Shown here: piece by piece, positions 48,300-49,232 of the stretch
Layout: every line of letters begins with the position of its first letter
Numbering within the stretch: the stretch's first letter is position 1
Assembly: GCA_016926705.1 (NCBI GenBank)
Contig: JAFGOC010000005.1
Coordinates: 1-49,232, forward strand
DNA: 49,232 nt
Reading direction: 5' to 3'
Source: Dehalococcoidales bacterium
GTDB taxonomy: Bacteria; Chloroflexota; Dehalococcoidia; Dehalococcoidales; RBG-16-60-22
The notes under the pieces: generated by a model
The model's input: the letters and a program-made list of their open reading frames with translations, nothing else
What the model was told of the DNA's origin: nothing
Databases searched by the model: none
Program-made: the position numbers and the translations under genes

Positions 48300-48953
48300 A
48301 TGAAAAAGACCGCTATCCAGCTTGATTTTGATGGCACTGTAACCGAGGAGGACGTTAGTTTACTCCTGCTGGATGAGTTCGCAGGAAGCCGATGGCGGAA
48401 ATATCTCGAGGAGTACGCCTCAGGTAAAATATCAGTCGGCGCTTTCAGTACAAAGGTCTTCGGAATGATAAAAGCCGATGAAAAGACCTTAACTCACTAC
48501 GTGCTGAATTCCCCACGCGTTAAAGTCCGCCCCGGCTTGAGGGAATTTATCGACTACTGCAAAAACAGGCGTATAAAAGTCCTCATTGTGAGTCATGGCC
48601 TGACCTTTTATATCAAGGCTATTTTAATTAAGCTCGGTATTAAAGGGCTGGAGATTCACGCGGCAGAGAACGTCTTTTCTCCCGACGGCATCAAGGTTCG
48701 GTATCTCGGGCCCGACGGCAGGGAACTGGAGGCGGGTTTTAAGGAAGCCTATATGGACATACTGAAACAGGAAGGGTATCAGGTCGTCTATATCGGCGAT
48801 GGCAACTCTGATATCTATCCGTCACGCAAAGCTCAATACGTTTGTGCCACCGCTAAACTTCTACAACGCTGCCGCGCGGAAAAGCTTAAGTGCTATCCTT
48901 TCAGTGACTTCTACGGCATTATAAAGATAATTGACAGTCTAAAGGTTAACTAA
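48300..48953 (+). CDS. HAD-IB family phosphatase (MtnX-like)
   Basis: Motif I (QLDFDGTVT), IVSHG, YIGDGNSD. Confidence 0.75.
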   Translation: MKKTAIQLDFDGTVTEEDVSLLLLDEFAGSRWRKYLEEYASGKISVGAFSTKVFGMIKADEKTLTHYVLNSPRVKVRPGLREFIDYCKNRRIKVLIVSHGLTFYIKAILIKLGIKGLEIHAAENVFSPDGIKVRYLGPDGRELEAGFKEAYMDILKQEGYQVVYIGDGNSDIYPSRKAQYVCATAKLLQRCRAEKLKCYPFSDFYGIIKIIDSLKVN

Positions 48954-49232
48954 TCGGTTTTAAGCGTAATCCCTATCGGGCAGTGGTCTGAACCCATTAC
49001 CTCCGGCATGATAAAGGCGCCGGTGACTGACGGCCGCAGGTTCTCACTCACGAAAAAGTAGTCGATTCTCCACCCCACGTTGCGCATCCTCGCGCCGGTT
49101 TTCAAGTCCCAATAAGTATATTGTTCAGGCTCTTTATGGAATTGCCTGAAGGTATCCACGTAGCCGTGGGCAACGAATTTGTCCATCCAGGCCCGCTCTT
49201 CCGGCAGGAAGCCGGTATTTTTTACGTTTTCC
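48950..49232 (-). CDS. xth: Exodeoxyribonuclease III, C-terminal part; 5' end lies outside the window
   Basis: The frame is open to the window edge (ENVKNTGFLPEERAWMDKF...YTYWD...GWRIDYFFVS...GSDHCPIGI). Confidence 0.9.
   Translation of the reverse strand, partial: ENVKNTGFLPEERAWMDKFVAHGYVDTFRQFHKEPEQYTYWDLKTGARMRNVGWRIDYFFVSENLRPSVTGAFIMPEVMGSDHCPIGITLKTD

Overview
This is a gene-dense 49.2-kb bacterial chromosomal segment with about 54 protein-coding genes and two tRNAs (tRNA-Gln CUG on the minus strand, tRNA-Leu UAG on the plus strand). I found no rRNA, CRISPR array, cas gene, transposase, integrase or reverse transcriptase. All calls come from reading the ORF translations and the DNA by eye; no database search was run, so family names are motif-based recognitions.

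Most of the window is housekeeping or metabolic:
- rnc, acyP and a mobA-moeA-mobB molybdenum-cofactor block.
- pepA, a DegV-family gene and a PadR regulator.
- A ModE-like regulator with a modABC-type transporter.
- rph, proB/proA, mntP, uvrC and xth.
- Several MBL-fold hydrolase, SDR, SAM-methyltransferase and radical SAM genes.

Promoters of the TTGACA-17/18-TATAAT type are unusually easy to see. The repeat style and gene content suggest an uncultivated anaerobe, possibly Chloroflexota/Dehalococcoidia-like, but that is only a guess.

The parts that stand out, in rough order:
1. 38.1-44.8 kb: a self-contained signalling island. It holds a leaderless archaeal-type wHTH gene, an RHH-like gene, a bacterial GH3 adenylating enzyme, a 7TM-GAF-GAF-GGDEF-HD-GYP protein and a translationally coupled LuxR regulator with a degenerate receiver pocket. 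It also carries a 20-bp perfect palindrome and a direct repeat.
2. 0.5-2.9 kb: a low-GC solitary beta-class DNA methyltransferase fused to an Mrr-like nuclease-fold tail, flanked on both sides by arrays of the same GC-rich hairpin repeats.
3. 25.7-26.2 kb: a ModE-like regulator that lacks molybdate-binding domains, with two related palindromic operators.
4. 36.1-36.9 kb: an 88-aa protein and a GNAT wedged between proB and proA.
5. Several genes whose conserved N-termini lie upstream of any ATG/GTG/TTG codon.
6. A 1412-aa double-ATPase/dehydratase-like fusion protein.
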